DNA of 64,000 bases from Gemmatimonadota bacterium (GTDB lineage Bacteria; Gemmatimonadota; Gemmatimonadetes; Palauibacterales; KS3-K002). Shown here one piece after another: positions 1 through 9,909 of this stretch. Every line of letters begins with the position of its first letter. Position 1 is the first letter of the stretch. Location: NCBI GenBank assembly GCA_039586795.1, contig JBDHJS010000001.1, positions 48,507 to 112,506 of the forward strand, read 5' to 3'. A program made the translations under genes and the position numbers. Below the pieces are notes generated by a model. It saw only the letters and a program-made list of their open reading frames with translations, searched no databases and was not told where the DNA came from.

Positions 1-170
1 AGGGCCACGGTCCGTCGCTTGCGACGGCTCCACCAGTTGGCGAGGCGTTCCCGCGCACTCAGCCTGGACTCGCCTACCTCGGCTGCCGGGCCCGGCGCCT
101 GCCCAGTCGCACCGGTGTCCGCGACCGTCGTTGCTCGCCTCGGCTCCGTCACCGAACCCATGTCAGAGAA

Positions 171-434
171 TCAGGATCGGGGGTATGTGAGTATCGCCTT
201 GATCTCTTTCACGCTCGGCACCCGACCTGCAACCCTGACCCGTCCATCGACCAACAGTGCAGGCGTAAGTGTGACACCTCGTTTGGCGATCTCGGCCACT
301 TCATGCACGTACTCGACCTCGGCGTCGAGGTCCAACTCAGCTACCGCATCAAACGTGTTGCGTTTTAGAGTCTGACACCTCGAGCAGCCGGGGCCGATCA
401 CCTCAATCCTCATTTCGAGAACCTCCGACATCAT
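171..434 (-). CDS. small thioredoxin-family redox protein (MTH895/redox-active disulfide protein 2-like) at end of ars operon
   Basis: 87-aa ORF with GPGCSRC CxxC motif preceded by a beta-strand (IEVIG), typical of small thioredoxin-fold proteins found with arsC; last gene of the minus-strand ars cluster. Confidence 0.6.
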   Translation of the reverse strand: MMSEVLEMRIEVIGPGCSRCQTLKRNTFDAVAELDLDAEVEYVHEVAEIAKRGVTLTPALLVDGRVRVAGRVPSVKEIKAILTYPRS

Positions 435-443
435 TCGAATTCT

Positions 444-1157
444 CTAGGGTTCAAACAGCGCCGTGAGCCGGCGCCTGAGCTCATCGCGCACTCCGCGGAA
501 CGAGTCGAGGATCTCCTCATCGCTCCCTTCTGCGGCGGCCGGATCGGAGAGCGGCCAGTGGACACGCTGCGCTTCGCCCAGCCACACCGGACAGACCTCC
601 TCAGCGCACAGCGTGATAACAGCGTCCACGTCGGGTCCCTCGAGCTGACGGATATCGTCGATCGCTTTGGAATGCTGGAACGCAGCATCTATACCCGTTT
701 CTTCCAGCGCACGAATGGCGAAAGGGTTGACCCGGGACGGTGCCGACCCGGCGGATGAGATGACGACGGTATCCGGCGCCAGGTTCCGGGCGATTCCTTC
801 CGCCATCTGACTGCGCGCCGAGTTTGCAACGCAGAGGAAGAGCAGATGTCGTGGTTGCAGTGCGCGAAGTATGCGAGCTTCGATCAACCACTGGGGAGGT
901 ACGCCATCCCCGTCATCGTAACGGCGGCAGGCGAAGGCCGGCGGACCGACGTCGGGCCCGGCCACATCTTCGCCGTTGACCCGCACCGTGGGAGATCCGG
1001 GAAAAGCGAGTTGCTCAGCTTCCGTGACGTCTCGGATTTCCTTGTGAATGACCTCGGCATCGGGCGTCAAGAGAGCCGTCGTCTCCTGCACGAGCCGCCG
1101 TGCCGGCTCGGCATTGGGACAGTCGGGTGTGGTGAGGACTTCCAGGCGCAGGGTCAT
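444..1157 (-). CDS. arsC: arsenate reductase, LMW-PTP/thioredoxin-coupled type, with N-terminal fused thioredoxin-like domain
   Basis: C-terminal half has CX5R P-loop (LCVANSARS), the second Cys pair (LCAEEVCP) and overall similarity to B. subtilis-type ArsC; N-terminal ~95 aa form a separate thioredoxin/glutaredoxin-like domain with a single Cys (TPDCPN). Confidence 0.75.
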   Translation of the reverse strand: MTLRLEVLTTPDCPNAEPARRLVQETTALLTPDAEVIHKEIRDVTEAEQLAFPGSPTVRVNGEDVAGPDVGPPAFACRRYDDGDGVPPQWLIEARILRALQPRHLLFLCVANSARSQMAEGIARNLAPDTVVISSAGSAPSRVNPFAIRALEETGIDAAFQHSKAIDDIRQLEGPDVDAVITLCAEEVCPVWLGEAQRVHWPLSDPAAAEGSDEEILDSFRGVRDELRRRLTALFEP

Positions 1158-1160
1158 TCT

Positions 1161-2252
1161 CTACTCATCTCCTCCAGCCATTGCCGCGGCCGGGGCCGCT
1201 TCGCCAAAGAAACGACGTTTCAACCACAGCGACACTTGCACGAGGCCGATCATCACCGGCACCTCGACTAGCGGGCCGATGACCGTCGCGAAGGCCGGCT
1301 GTGACGCGATCCCGAACACGGCGATCGCCACGGCGATGGCGAGCTCGAAATCGTTGCTGGCCGCTGTGAGCGCAACCGTCGTGGTCTCCGGATACTCACC
1401 CCGCAGGAAGCGCGCGGCGAAGAAGGTGATCACGAACATCGCCACGAAATAGATGGCCAATGGAATCGCGATCCGAACCACATCATACGGAAGCTGCACG
1501 ATCAGCTCGCCCTTTAGGGAGAACATCACGACAACGGTAAACAGCAAAGCCGCCAAAGTGATTGGGCTGATGCGCGGGATGAATACCCGCTCGTACCATT
1601 CCCTTCCTTTGAGCTTCAGCAGTGAAAACCGCGTGATGAGACCCGCTAAGAACGGGATGCCCAGGTAGATGAACACGGTACGGGCGATCTCTCCCACGCT
1701 CACATGCATCTCCGCACCCTGAAACCCGAAGAGCGGCGGCAGCAGCGTGATGAAGAACCAGGCGTAGAACCCGTAGAACAGCACCTGGAAAACGGCATTA
1801 GCCGCCACCAGACCTGCCGCCAAGTCGTGGTCACCCTCTGCCAAGTCGTTCCACACCAGCACCATGGCGATACACCGCGCGAGTCCCACCAAGATCAAGC
1901 CGACGGCATAGCCCGGCATGTCGCGCAGCAACAGGACGGCTAGGAAGAACATCACCAGCGGCCCGATGACCCAGTTCTGCAACAGCGACAGCGCCAGTAT
2001 CCGCTTGTGCCGCAGGACCACCCAGAATTTCTCGTAGCGAACTTTGGCGAGCGGCGGGTACATCATCAGGATGAGGCCGATCGCAATAGGAATGGAAGTC
2101 GTCCCGATCTGGGTCGCACGATTGAGCGCCTCGACCGGCTCGGGCCACAGATAGCCGATCGCGACTCCCAAGGCCATGGCGGCGAAAATCCAGACCGTCA
2201 GATAGCGGTCGAGAAACGAAAGTCGCCGCGCTACGGAACTGTCAGCAGCCAC
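1161..2252 (-). CDS. acr3: arsenite efflux transporter, ACR3 family
   Basis: 363-aa polytopic membrane protein with strong resemblance to Acr3/ArsB(ACR3) family; 4-nt gap to arsC and a shared base with the arsR stop. Confidence 0.85.
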   Translation of the reverse strand: MAADSSVARRLSFLDRYLTVWIFAAMALGVAIGYLWPEPVEALNRATQIGTTSIPIAIGLILMMYPPLAKVRYEKFWVVLRHKRILALSLLQNWVIGPLVMFFLAVLLLRDMPGYAVGLILVGLARCIAMVLVWNDLAEGDHDLAAGLVAANAVFQVLFYGFYAWFFITLLPPLFGFQGAEMHVSVGEIARTVFIYLGIPFLAGLITRFSLLKLKGREWYERVFIPRISPITLAALLFTVVVMFSLKGELIVQLPYDVVRIAIPLAIYFVAMFVITFFAARFLRGEYPETTTVALTAASNDFELAIAVAIAVFGIASQPAFATVIGPLVEVPVMIGLVQVSLWLKRRFFGEAAPAAAMAGGDE

Positions 2253-2638
2253 TATGAACTCACTTTCGATCTAGAAGGCGCCACCTCCCGCGGGGCCGCG
2301 GCCGGATGACAGCGCTTGGCTCTCATCTCGTCCAGTTCACCCGCGACCTCCGGAACCGGGACATCAGCCAGCACCCGCCGGAGCATCTCGAGCAGGGTCC
2401 GCTGTTCTTCGCGCGTCGGCTCCGCGGGATGGTAGTAGACCCACAGACCATCCCGACGGTCCTGCAACAACCCGGCGTTGAGCAGGTAACGAAGGTGCCG
2501 GGACGCCTTGGACTGCGAAATCTCGAGAAACCGCTCAACCTCGCAGACGCAAAGTTCCCCGTGGCGGAAGATGAGAGCGAGGATCTGAAGGCGAACGTCT
2601 TCGGAGAGCGCCTTGAACTGCTGCGTCAGCTGGAGCAT
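2252..2638 (-). CDS. arsR: ArsR/SmtB family transcriptional repressor
   Basis: wHTH with metal-binding ELCVCE motif ([32 protein letters not shown]); the track ORF extends to 2752, but the likely start is the internal Met (MLQLTQQ) at 2638, verified as CAT at 2636-2638. Confidence 0.75.
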   Translation of the reverse strand: MLQLTQQFKALSEDVRLQILALIFRHGELCVCEVERFLEISQSKASRHLRYLLNAGLLQDRRDGLWVYYHPAEPTREEQRTLLEMLRRVLADVPVPEVAGELDEMRAKRCHPAAAPREVAPSRSKVSS

Positions 2639-2640
2639 GA

Positions 2641-2666
2641 TTATACCCGTGTATGCGGTTATACAT
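2641..2666 (-). promoter_or_regulatory. candidate ArsR operator, imperfect inverted repeat TTATACCCG-N7-CGGTTATAC
   Basis: Imperfect dyad (7/9 matching positions) located 3-30 nt upstream of the arsR start codon, AT-richer than surroundings. Confidence 0.3.
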
Positions 2667-2748
2667 GACAAACATACCCCAGCCTGGCCCTCGCCACAAG
2701 AACGTGGGCCGCACGCGCGGGCAATTGCAGGCACGCGCGCTCCTGGCT

Positions 2749-4479
2749 TCATTGGCTGCCGAGGCGCACTTCCATTCGCGTCATGCCGCCCTTTTCAGAA
2801 CGCACCGTAATCGAGAGACGCGGGTCACTTCCCGCCGAGCGTACCACGTACTCGAAGGTCCGGCGCGCGGCGGCTGTCCCAGTCCGGCCCTGGGTGTCCC
2901 GCGTGCCGAGAAGGTGGCCGAGGTCGGCCCGCGCCTGACCTGAGACCAGCTCTGCATCGGATAGGTCTAGAGTCACGCGGACCGGCACCGCGACATTCGC
3001 GTCCAGCGCCCGCCGTGTGATGTTCGTCGGCAGATAGCCTTCGTTCTCGACGACGCCGGTGATCTTGAACAGGCCGGAGCCCAACGACTCGGTCTCCACG
3101 TCCTTGAGAACCACCCGAGGGCTGATCTCAGCCAGCCACAGCATCCACGGCACGTACAACTCGAGCTCGCCCTTCAAGAACTGCGACGGTGGGTTCTGGC
3201 GCGTGAACTTGCTGCGCCAGCCGCCGATCTCGACCCGGCCAAGCTGGGGATGGTCGTAGGCCGTCCAATCGGCGAAGCCTTCACCGTCCAGCTCTTCCTC
3301 GTTCCATCGGTGCCGCTCGGCTTCCGAGACGTTGCCGTCATCATCGTAGTCGCGACCGAAGCCGCCCCAGAACTCGGGGACGAAGGCGACAACACCGAAG
3401 TCCCAGTACGACCACGAAATCAAAGTGCCGTAACGGTGGATGCGCGGGTTGCTGTAGCTGGGAATTGCTCGTTGCCCGGTGGTCGATTCGTACTTACGCG
3501 ACATCTCCAAGATCAAGGACTGGTCAGACAGAACGTAGTCGTCCCACGATGTAGTGGACGGGAGTCGGAACAGGAAGCCACCGGACGTGTGCCCATGGAA
3601 CACTCCGGTGATGTTGCGGTGCGAATTGAGGAACTCGATCGTCGCCCGGGTCTCGGGCTCAGACAATGGATAGGGTCCTGCACCGGTCTGCTCGAACTCC
3701 ATCCCCCAGTTGCGCGGGAAGTTACGATTCATGTCGATGCCGCCTGGCCCATCTTCGTTGAACAGGCCGTCGTCATCGTCATCGATTCCCTCTGAGTAAA
3801 CCGCGAAGAACTCGCCCTCGAAGTCCTCATCGCCGCGGCGCTCCATGATGCGCGAGTCGGACCGGTTCACCTTCCAGCGACCGTTGGCATTGGGCACACG
3901 CATCTGCGTGATGGCGCCGTCGCCGTCCAGGTCGTTCCCCGGATCCTCATCCAGTAATCCATCGCCGTCCTGGTCGTACGGGCGTGGGGTGCTCCGCAGG
4001 TTCTGCTCAGTATTCAGCGCGATGTCCGCGCCATCCGGATTGAACTTCGGCCGGACGTACAGCGTCCTCGTATCGACGAGGCGAGTGACCCGGTCATCAC
4101 TGCCGTAGTTGGAGAGGAGATACCAGGCGAAGTGAAGCGCCACCTCGGCACCGGTCAGCTCGCCGGCGTGGATATTCCCATCGTAATAGTAGCCGGGTTT
4201 CTCGCCCGCTGCGCCCGTACCCTTGTTCGTGATCTCCAGGACGAGGAGCGGCGTACCCTCCAGCGTCTCACCGATGGAGTACAGCCGGGTTAGCTGCGGA
4301 TACGCTTGCGCCCAATCCTCGAGCAACGCGTATGCCCGCTCGGTGGAGTGGTAGGTGTTCCAGCTGGGATCGCGGGGGTTCTCATCCTGGGCGAACAGCG
4401 GTACCGCCGAAGAAGGAGCGAGCACCAGGCTCCAGCAGGCGAACACAATCAGATAACGCCTAATGGCATCAGCAGGCAT
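2749..4479 (-). CDS. secreted zinc carboxypeptidase, peptidase M14 family, with Asp-rich Ca-binding-like insertions
   Basis: Signal peptide; HxxE zinc motif region (NIHAGELTGAE) and M14-like fold signature; two DxDxDG-like acidic loops (DQDGDGLLDEDPGNDLDGDG and GIDDDDDGLFNEDG). Confidence 0.7.
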   Translation of the reverse strand: MPADAIRRYLIVFACWSLVLAPSSAVPLFAQDENPRDPSWNTYHSTERAYALLEDWAQAYPQLTRLYSIGETLEGTPLLVLEITNKGTGAAGEKPGYYYDGNIHAGELTGAEVALHFAWYLLSNYGSDDRVTRLVDTRTLYVRPKFNPDGADIALNTEQNLRSTPRPYDQDGDGLLDEDPGNDLDGDGAITQMRVPNANGRWKVNRSDSRIMERRGDEDFEGEFFAVYSEGIDDDDDGLFNEDGPGGIDMNRNFPRNWGMEFEQTGAGPYPLSEPETRATIEFLNSHRNITGVFHGHTSGGFLFRLPSTTSWDDYVLSDQSLILEMSRKYESTTGQRAIPSYSNPRIHRYGTLISWSYWDFGVVAFVPEFWGGFGRDYDDDGNVSEAERHRWNEEELDGEGFADWTAYDHPQLGRVEIGGWRSKFTRQNPPSQFLKGELELYVPWMLWLAEISPRVVLKDVETESLGSGLFKITGVVENEGYLPTNITRRALDANVAVPVRVTLDLSDAELVSGQARADLGHLLGTRDTQGRTGTAAARRTFEYVVRSAGSDPRLSITVRSEKGGMTRMEVRLGSQ

Positions 4480-4558
4480 ACGTGGGCTCCTGTGAGAAAT
4501 GGGGGCTAGTCTGGGATGGCTAAAGATGCAGGCTGACCGGCCGCGCCGCGAGTGCGCG

Positions 4559-7459
4559 CTAGCGATGCTCCCGGCTGGCGAGCAGCGTCAGGCGCTCCGC
4601 CGCGTAGTCGACCAGCGGGCGAAGTTCGGGGTCGCAGTCGCGCCACAGCGCGATGAAGGTTTCGTAGTGATGGGCAGCCAGGGCATCGTCGCCCAGGCGC
4701 TCGTAGATCTCGGCGCGCTTGAGATGGGAAGGGGCCAGGTAGATCAACTCGCGCGACGAGCTGGCGGTGAACGAACTATACCAGTTGAGAGCTTCCTCTT
4801 CGCGACCGGCGGCGGCGAGCAACTCGGCCCGGGTATAGCGCTCGAAGGCCTGCGCGTAGAAGAGTGAGGCGGCCATGTTCTGGTACCAGCTTTGTACCGT
4901 CGCCTGCTCCAACTCGTGGATGGCATCCTCAGGTTCTCCCTCGGCGATAGCGACCTGAGCGCGGATCGACTGGGCGAGGTCGCCCGCCAGCTCGGTCACC
5001 TCGTCGGGTCCGTCGAGCTGCCCCAACTCCTGTGCGTACTGCAGCGCCGCGCCGCCGTCATCGAGTCGCGCGCTCAGAAGTCCCAGCAGGTAGAGCCTCA
5101 GGTGCGCGTGCGCTTCATCGTGAACGCTGGACCACGTCATGCGCGCCGCGCTCTGGCGCCACTCGTCTGACGTCCAACCCCGAAGCTCGGATCGAATGGC
5201 TTCCAGCTCCGCGTCAGTTGTACCCAGAAACGGAGTGGCGGAAAGCAGCGCCCTGTACTCGAGCGCCGAAACGGCATCAAGGGAGGACGCGATATTCAAT
5301 TCTACCCTGGCGTCCCGCCATTTCCCCTGAGCCAGGAGCAGCGATGCGCGGATCGTGTGTCCCAGCGCGCGTACATCGGAGGGGTAGGCGGGGTCGGTGA
5401 GCATGCCGACGACTCCCACGGCGCCATCCAGGTTGAGCGTGAAGACCGGGACGCTCCAACTCATGACCATCAACTGGTCGAGCTCGGCGAATCGCATCTC
5501 GGACATGACTTGCTGCTGACCCTGCTCGTCACCGATCACGAACTCCCGCAGCGCGCGAACCTCGAGCGCCCTGTCGTCGTCGGGATGAAGCGCCAGGTAA
5601 CGTTCGACCAGCTCTACCAGCTCATCCGCATCCCCTTCCAGGGCGGAAATCCGGATCAAGTGCGTTAGGGCGTGGACTTCGTTGGGCTCGAAGAACAGGA
5701 CGCGCTCGAAGGGCGCTCGGGCCTCACCGATGGAGCGACCGTAGTACGGAGCGAAGTGGAAGAGAAGCTCACCCAGCTGGATCCACGCCTCAACGTCATC
5801 CGGGTGCGTGCTGAGGATCGCGCGGTAGAGACGCTCCGACTCCCTGGGATCGCCCAGCCGGTAGGCGTGAAACGCCTCGAACAGGTCACGGTCGTGATCG
5901 GAGAGCCGACTGCTCAGGCGGTAAGCCTGTTGGGCGCTGAGTTCGACGAGATCGGAGCGCACCATCCAGTCGGCGGCGACGCCGAGGCGATACCAGGCGA
6001 GGGCGAAGGTGGTGTCGAGCTCGGTAGCGAGCTGGAACGCTTCGGCCGCCGGCGCGAAGTACCCCGCGCGAAACGCCCGCTCCCCCTCCAGGTAAGCCTT
6101 GAGCGCCGGTAGCGAGCTGGTCGTCACTTCGGCGATGCGAGTCGCGCCGCTCCCAAGGCTTTGGCCGACGAGAAGCTGCGCGGCTACCTCGTCGACGAGA
6201 TCGAAGAGACTCTCAGCACCGCCCTCGGCAGATGCGTGGGCGACGGCGTCGAGCCCCGCATTCGGATCGAACAGCGACGCGTCGAGCTTCAAGTTTCCGC
6301 GCACCTCGACGATACTGCCGAGCACGTAGAGGCCAGCGCCCAGACCGCTTGCAATACCCTGCGCCTCCTCAGGATCCGGCACGCCCAGGCCTTCTTGCTC
6401 CACCAGGCTCAGCACGGCGCGCGGGTCGGCGCTGCGCAATTCTCCCGCGCCGTCCAGCGCGGTGCTCAGCAAGTCGACCATCCCCATGCTGAGATAATCG
6501 AAGCTGCTGCTGCCACCCACCGAGAACGGCAGCACGGCGATCCGCATCTGCGAGACCGGCGGCGATCGTGGCATCCACAGGTCACGCAACCCCCAGGCGC
6601 CGCCGACGACGATCACCAGCGCGAGCGTCGCGGCCAGCGCTTTCGACAGCAGCGTGGCATGGCGTGCGGCCGATCCTTCCTGCGCTCGGTTGAGCGCAGC
6701 GCGAAAGGCGCCCGCGTCGGCCCAGCGGTCGGCCGGCTTCATGGCGAGGGCGCGCTTAAGGACTCGAGCCAGATTCTGGGGTACGCCCGTCCAGTCCGCC
6801 TCCTTGACCGGCGTGAGCATCGACCAGCGGCGGCCGGTGAGGGAGTCGTAGAGTACCATTCCGACGGCATAGAGGTCGGTTTGCGTCGTGACTTCATCAC
6901 CCGTGACCTGCTCCGGCGCCATGTGGCCCGGCGTCCCCACCCGCTGGCCCGGCTCGGTGATGGTGGAATCTCTATCGTGGTGCTTGGCGATCCCGAAGTC
7001 GCCGAGCAACGCATGGTCGTCAACGAGGAAGATGTTGCTCGGCTTGATGTCGCGATGGACGATGCCGCTCCCGTGCACCGTTTCCAGCGCCGAGAGCATG
7101 TCGTTCCCCAACTTCACCGCCTCTTCACGGGGCAGCGGGCCGCGATCCAGCCGCTCCTTCAGCGTCTCCCCTTCCACATAGTCCATGATGTAGTAGAAGG
7201 ACTCGCCGATCTCGCCGGCGTGGTAGATGGAAACGACGTTGGGATGCCGGATGCGAGCCAGGATTCGGGCTTCTTCGAGGAGACGTTTCGATGCCCGGGG
7301 GTCATCGAGATCGTGACGGTGGACCTTCACGGCGACGGTCCGGTCCAGCACCGTGTCGTGGGCCAGGAAGACCGTCCCCATCCCACCGCTCGCCAGCTCC
7401 CGCTCCACCTCGTACTGAGGCGGAAGAGCTTCGCGCAGCCGCTCGAGCAGAGAGCTCAT
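4559..7459 (-). CDS. membrane Ser/Thr protein kinase with large C-terminal TPR-like extracytoplasmic domain
   Basis: N-terminal Hanks kinase domain (GxGGMGTV, VAVK, HRDIKPSNI, DFG, APE), one TM segment (LALVIVVGGAWGL), then ~650 aa helical repeat region. Confidence 0.85.
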   Translation of the reverse strand: MSSLLERLREALPPQYEVERELASGGMGTVFLAHDTVLDRTVAVKVHRHDLDDPRASKRLLEEARILARIRHPNVVSIYHAGEIGESFYYIMDYVEGETLKERLDRGPLPREEAVKLGNDMLSALETVHGSGIVHRDIKPSNIFLVDDHALLGDFGIAKHHDRDSTITEPGQRVGTPGHMAPEQVTGDEVTTQTDLYAVGMVLYDSLTGRRWSMLTPVKEADWTGVPQNLARVLKRALAMKPADRWADAGAFRAALNRAQEGSAARHATLLSKALAATLALVIVVGGAWGLRDLWMPRSPPVSQMRIAVLPFSVGGSSSFDYLSMGMVDLLSTALDGAGELRSADPRAVLSLVEQEGLGVPDPEEAQGIASGLGAGLYVLGSIVEVRGNLKLDASLFDPNAGLDAVAHASAEGGAESLFDLVDEVAAQLLVGQSLGSGATRIAEVTTSSLPALKAYLEGERAFRAGYFAPAAEAFQLATELDTTFALAWYRLGVAADWMVRSDLVELSAQQAYRLSSRLSDHDRDLFEAFHAYRLGDPRESERLYRAILSTHPDDVEAWIQLGELLFHFAPYYGRSIGEARAPFERVLFFEPNEVHALTHLIRISALEGDADELVELVERYLALHPDDDRALEVRALREFVIGDEQGQQQVMSEMRFAELDQLMVMSWSVPVFTLNLDGAVGVVGMLTDPAYPSDVRALGHTIRASLLLAQGKWRDARVELNIASSLDAVSALEYRALLSATPFLGTTDAELEAIRSELRGWTSDEWRQSAARMTWSSVHDEAHAHLRLYLLGLLSARLDDGGAALQYAQELGQLDGPDEVTELAGDLAQSIRAQVAIAEGEPEDAIHELEQATVQSWYQNMAASLFYAQAFERYTRAELLAAAGREEEALNWYSSFTASSSRELIYLAPSHLKRAEIYERLGDDALAAHHYETFIALWRDCDPELRPLVDYAAERLTLLASREHR

Positions 7460-7615
7460 GCGCGCTCTAACCTATGGAATGGGAGAGCACGAACCCAGGT
7501 ATGGGGCCCAGGAAGGCGCAAAAGGACCGATCGCAGCGAGGACCTCCGGTGTCGGGGCGTCGTTCGGGAACTGCTGGCCGCCAAGAAGATGGGGCTTTGG
7601 GGGATTTAAGGCCAG

Positions 7616-8539
7616 TTATCCCGCACAATTCCGCCAGGCGATGCCCAGCGCGACGATCACAAGGGCGGCGACTGCTGGAAGAACCCAGGCGGGCATTCTC
7701 GAGCGCGAGCCTTCCCCTGAATTCCGGATCGACGCGGCGAACTCGCCAACGCTACCCTGCCGTTCCGCCGGGCGTTTGCTCAGCGCTTTCATCAGCGCCC
7801 CCCGCATGCCCCCGGGAACGGAGCCGGGAAGCGGCTCGGGCCTCTCGTAGATGTGCTGTTTCAGAATGTCCGAGATGTTCGCTCCCACGAACGGTGGTTG
7901 CCCGGTCAGCAACTCGTAGACCACGCAGGCCAGGCTGTAGAGATCGGTTCGCGCGTCAATCGTCTCCAACCCCGCCAACTGCTCAGGGCTGACGTAGAGC
8001 GGCGTCCCGACGATGGAGCCGGTGGCGGTAAGCGTGGCCTGATCGGCACCGCACATCGCGCGCGCCAATCCGAAGTCGGCGACGATCGCTTCGCCGTTGG
8101 AGACGAGAATGTTCTCCGGCTTTATGTCCCGATGCACGATACCCTGTTGGTGCGCGTGCTCGAGTGCCTCGGCCACATCAATAGTGAGCTTGATCGCCTC
8201 CTCCACCGGCAGCTTCCCGCGGCGTCGAATCAGGTCACGCAGCGATTCACCATCGACGAACGGCGTAACGTAGTAGGCCAAATCCCCCGCCGTCCCCGAG
8301 TCGAGGAGCGGGAGGATGTGGGGGTGCTGCAGCTTCGCGGTCACTCGAATCTCACGCTCGAATCGAGTCAGCTCGGCGCCCGAGGCAAGCTCCGGGTGGA
8401 TCACCTTGATCGCGACGGAACGTTCGTGCTTGCGATCGCGAGCGCGGAAGACCGTCCCCATGCCGCCGGCGCCGATCTCGTCCTCCAGCTCGTAGGTATC
8501 GGACAGCGCTTCGTGGATTATCTCGTGGGGATCGCCCAT
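7616..8539 (-). CDS. membrane-anchored Ser/Thr protein kinase
   Basis: Hanks kinase motifs (GAGGMGTV, AIKV, HRDIKPENI, DFG, SPE) plus a C-terminal TM anchor (VLPAVAALVIVALGIAW). Confidence 0.85.
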   Translation of the reverse strand: MGDPHEIIHEALSDTYELEDEIGAGGMGTVFRARDRKHERSVAIKVIHPELASGAELTRFEREIRVTAKLQHPHILPLLDSGTAGDLAYYVTPFVDGESLRDLIRRRGKLPVEEAIKLTIDVAEALEHAHQQGIVHRDIKPENILVSNGEAIVADFGLARAMCGADQATLTATGSIVGTPLYVSPEQLAGLETIDARTDLYSLACVVYELLTGQPPFVGANISDILKQHIYERPEPLPGSVPGGMRGALMKALSKRPAERQGSVGEFAASIRNSGEGSRSRMPAWVLPAVAALVIVALGIAWRNCAG

Positions 8540-8640
8540 GCTAGCCCGGGAGCGTGTAGTCTTTGAGGTTCAGCCGTCGCGATTGAACACCGAATGATGA
8601 CTGCAGATATCGACTCGACGCAACCGGTGCCGCTGACGCC

Positions 8641-9909
8641 TCAGGCCGCGTCGGTGCCTTCGTGATCGATGGAAGGTGGCTTGCCGTACTCCCTACTTCG
8701 TAGCGTGAGAACCGTGACCTCGGGAGGCGTGCCGATGCGAAACGGGATTCCCCAGTAGTTGGTGCCCGGGTTGATGTAGAGCAGCGATTCCCCCTGACGA
8801 TGGACTCCCATCGACAAAGCCAGGAATGGTGAGGCGGCGTTCCAGTTGCGGCTGGGAATTGCCAGCTGGCCGTAGTGGGTGTGACCGCTGAGCGTCAGGT
8901 CGACTCCGCGAGCGGCGAGTTCCGGCCACAAGGCGGGGTTGTGCGCCAGGGCGAGAACCGGCTCGCCCTTCGGAATACGAGCGAGCGTGCGATCGATATC
9001 GGGCGCCGCATTCCGACCTTCGTGATTCCACGCTCGTCCGGCGGGGTCGCCGGCACCGGCGACCCAGAGCCGGTCGCCGCCGCGCTCAACCGCAACGGCC
9101 TCGTTCACCAGCACGGTGAAGCCGCCATCCAACAGCCCCTGCCGCACCGGACCCCAACCCGCGTAAACATCGTGGTTGCCCGCGATGGCGAAAACGCCGA
9201 GCGGAGCATCCAGGTCGCTGAAGGCTTCGTTGAAGTACTCGACATCGCGTGGGAAATCGTCGACCTGGTCGCCGGTGAAGACGATGATGTCGGGATGCGC
9301 GTTCCGCGCCGCATCCGCGACACGCGTCAGGTAGCGCCGCGACGTGTGCGGACCGACATGTAGGTCGGAAATCTGGACGATACGCAGCCCATCGAAGTCG
9401 TCGGGCAAGTTTGGCAACAAAACATCGAGGTGCCGCACGACCAGTCGTCGTGATCCTAGATAACCGGCCAGCGAAACGATACCCAGCAACGCACCGACCG
9501 TCGCCAAACCCCAGCGGCCCGCCACGCCTCCTGCTCCGAACCACACACCCACGGCGGCCACCGTCACACCCGCCACGGCAAGCAGCGGCATGACCAGCAT
9601 GGCGTACCAAAACGGCCGGAGCACGAACAATCGAGTGAGCGCGGAGGGATAGGTGGCGCCGCCCAGGCCACGCACCAAGACGAACACCGGTAGGCCGCCC
9701 AGCATTGCTACGCCGGCGACCGTCACCCACCCGCCGGGCAGGACGGGTTGGAGCAACGAACCCACCACCAGCCAGGACCCGCCGAGCCATACCGCGATGA
9801 ACGTGAGCACCCGGCGAAGTGGAAACGTCCGCCTTCGCTTCACTTCAGCGCTCTGAGCGCGCTCCGATTCCGGCCGCTGGATCGTGTCCAGCGCTCTGTC
9901 TCCCGTCAC
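8641..9909 (-). CDS. membrane-bound metallophosphoesterase (calcineurin-like phosphoesterase) with N-terminal multi-TM domain
   Basis: N-terminal 4-5 hydrophobic helices, then MPE motifs: DLH, GDQVDD, GNHD, GHTH; start overlaps the copA stop by 4 nt (9906-9909). Confidence 0.75.
   Translation of the reverse strand: MTGDRALDTIQRPESERAQSAEVKRRRTFPLRRVLTFIAVWLGGSWLVVGSLLQPVLPGGWVTVAGVAMLGGLPVFVLVRGLGGATYPSALTRLFVLRPFWYAMLVMPLLAVAGVTVAAVGVWFGAGGVAGRWGLATVGALLGIVSLAGYLGSRRLVVRHLDVLLPNLPDDFDGLRIVQISDLHVGPHTSRRYLTRVADAARNAHPDIIVFTGDQVDDFPRDVEYFNEAFSDLDAPLGVFAIAGNHDVYAGWGPVRQGLLDGGFTVLVNEAVAVERGGDRLWVAGAGDPAGRAWNHEGRNAAPDIDRTLARIPKGEPVLALAHNPALWPELAARGVDLTLSGHTHYGQLAIPSRNWNAASPFLALSMGVHRQGESLLYINPGTNYWGIPFRIGTPPEVTVLTLRSREYGKPPSIDHEGTDAA

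Noticed and set aside
19-375. 118-aa plus-strand ORF at the window start
   Set aside because: It overlaps the thioredoxin-like gene on the opposite strand, is Ser/Ala/Thr/Arg-rich and has no start context; the minus strand of 1-170 may hold the 3' end of a further upstream gene that is cut by the window.
6161-7609. 482-aa plus-strand ORF antisense to Ser/Thr kinase 1
   Set aside because: Arg/Ala/Gly/Pro-rich translation typical of the opposite strand of GC-rich genes; it is fully contained in a well-supported kinase gene and has no motifs.
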